Below, piece after piece: positions 62,516-64,000 of a stretch of DNA of 64,000 bases. Position numbers and translations under genes: made by a program. How positions within the stretch are numbered: position 1 is the first letter of the stretch; every line of letters begins with the position of its first letter. The notes below the pieces were generated by a model that saw only the letters and a list, made by a program, of their open reading frames with translations, did not search any database and was not told where the DNA came from. This DNA is from Macrostomum hystrix (lineage: Eukaryota; Animalia; Platyhelminthes): NCBI GenBank assembly GCA_950097015.1, contig CATNEN010000038.1:5518001-5582000 (forward strand). The letters are read 5' to 3'.

Positions 62516-63450
62516 ATCTTAGTTTAGTGCCAACAAAGAGATGGAAAAATGTGTTTCTACTTTAAATAGTCTGTTAATTGTTTGCGGTATTTATATTCAC
62601 AATATATTGTCACATTGTCTTGTTTTTTTCTCTTTTATAGTTGCGTACATTGCAGACTTGTTGCGCGGTAAAACAAAATTTTAATTGATTGAACAAAGAA
62701 TATCACGATAACATTCTCTCATCTCTAAACAAAAGTGCTTTATTTTTCTCTTTAATTCTGGTGACTTCTGGTAGAGTTTTGATAGCCTTAGGCTTATCTT
62801 TGGCAAATATGGTTGAGGCTGGCACTGAGGTTTGTTCTCAAATAAAATATGTAAATATATATTGTTCATCTGATACTGACATAAAACATGCCAGTTCTTA
62901 ATGACTAGCTTTTGTTGTTTTGTTTTTTACTAATTGGTTACTTGGTAATCTGTAATCATGTATGTATGTATACCTCTCATATTATTAATATATCTTTTTT
63001 TATTATTAACAAAATTAATATTTCGTTAGGTCTCGCTAGTTTTAGCAATTCCGTTACTTTCTCAATTTAGATATTTTCAAAAGTTCCGGTAATCGTTACT
63101 CCAATCGTTACTCCATTATAAATTGTTACAATTTCACAATGACAGTAGGTGAAACTGTACATTTTAGAGTTTGTGCGTCCATAAATATTATAATAATACG
63201 TTTTTTAATTTAAAGTAATGTTTCTTAGTTTTTAAGCCACCAAAATACGTTATTTTTTATTACGTTACTTTTTTTCAATTAGTTACTTTCTAAAGTGTGT
63301 AAGTTCTCAAAACTCACTTGTTTTGTAATTTAAAAAGTTTGTTTTTCAAAACTACGTTACTTTAAAAAAGATCGTTGGTTTTCTAATCGTTACTTTTATA
63401 CTTCCGTTTCTTTGCAATCTGCAACCTAATCGTTAATTTCAGTGCAGGGC

Positions 63451-64000
63451 ATGTCGCCATCGTCGCAGTTACGTCTGTCGCTGTCCATTGTGTCGCACGC
63501 TGCCGCCCTGCTAGCGGTGGTGGTGCCGCTCATTGTGTTGCACTCCGGTATCAGGCCTGTCTCACGGGTCTTCTTCTGTACAGACGAGAGCCTCTCCTAT
63601 CCCTACAAGCAGGACACCGTGTCCTTCCCTCTGGCGGTGGGCGCCGGCATCGGCGTTACCTTGGTAACCATCCTGGTGGTTGAAGCGCTCCGGTTGCTAG
63701 GCGGCCAGCCGGGATGCCGCGGTCCCCTGACCGACTGTCTGGAACGCCGGCTTTCTGAACGCACCGCCGGCTACGTCAGCGCCCTCATGCAGGCCTTCTT
63801 CGCCGCGAAATTCGGCGCCCTCTGTACCGAGCTGGTCACGCAGGCCAGCAAGCTCGGCTTCGGCAGGCCGCGGCCGTACTTTCTGGCCGCCTGCCAGCTG
63901 CTGAATGCCAGCGCCTGCCGGCCCGGCCTGCCGCTGGATCCGCTAGAAGCCTGCGGCGCCGCCACCGCGGCTGCCAAAGTGCTGGACGAAGCCAGACTGT
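63451..64000 (+). CDS. Phospholipid phosphatase (PAP2/LPP, wunen-like); runs off the window end
   Basis: Open frame from ATG 63451: RVFFCTDESLSYPYKQDTVS, motif C1 KLGFGRPRPYFLAAC, ending VLDEARL just before the expected SFPSGH. Absent from the ORF track because no stop lies in the window. Confidence 0.9.
   Translation, partial: MSPSSQLRLSLSIVSHAAALLAVVVPLIVLHSGIRPVSRVFFCTDESLSYPYKQDTVSFPLAVGAGIGVTLVTILVVEALRLLGGQPGCRGPLTDCLERRLSERTAGYVSALMQAFFAAKFGALCTELVTQASKLGFGRPRPYFLAACQLLNASACRPGLPLDPLEACGAATAAAKVLDEARL

Noticed and set aside
1464-62565. Long low-complexity ORFs ([48 protein letters not shown] and similar)
   Set aside because: They are translations of intronic or intergenic minisatellites, usually open in several frames, with no splice or start context.

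Overview
This is animal (eukaryotic) genomic DNA with GT-AG introns, dense minisatellites and tRNA-derived SINEs. The innexin, short introns and repeat load fit an invertebrate, possibly a free-living flatworm such as Macrostomum (inference only). Genes in order: adenylosuccinate lyase (+, 5' end truncated); LCMT2/TYW4 (+); a short orphan exon with possible Rdx/SelW-like fold (-); a ~3,250-aa predicted secreted protein with 24 CUB domains (-); a Bcl-2 family gene (-); a paralogous ~1,090-aa protein with 8 CUB domains plus a PAN/apple-like domain (-); an innexin with a long acidic tail (+); fuzzy (-); kish-B/TMEM167B (+); and a PAP2 phospholipid phosphatase (+, 3' end truncated). The best candidate for an undescribed system is the CUB gene pair: 31 of 32 CUB domains sit in single symmetric phase-1 exons of very divergent sequence, which would allow in-frame combinatorial exon skipping. 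Other notable signals are a 28-copy tandem array of a complete splice acceptor, a perfect RFX X-box inside a fuzzy coding exon, and an innexin exon fragment captured inside a SINE. All exon boundaries were read by eye and need RNA-seq confirmation.
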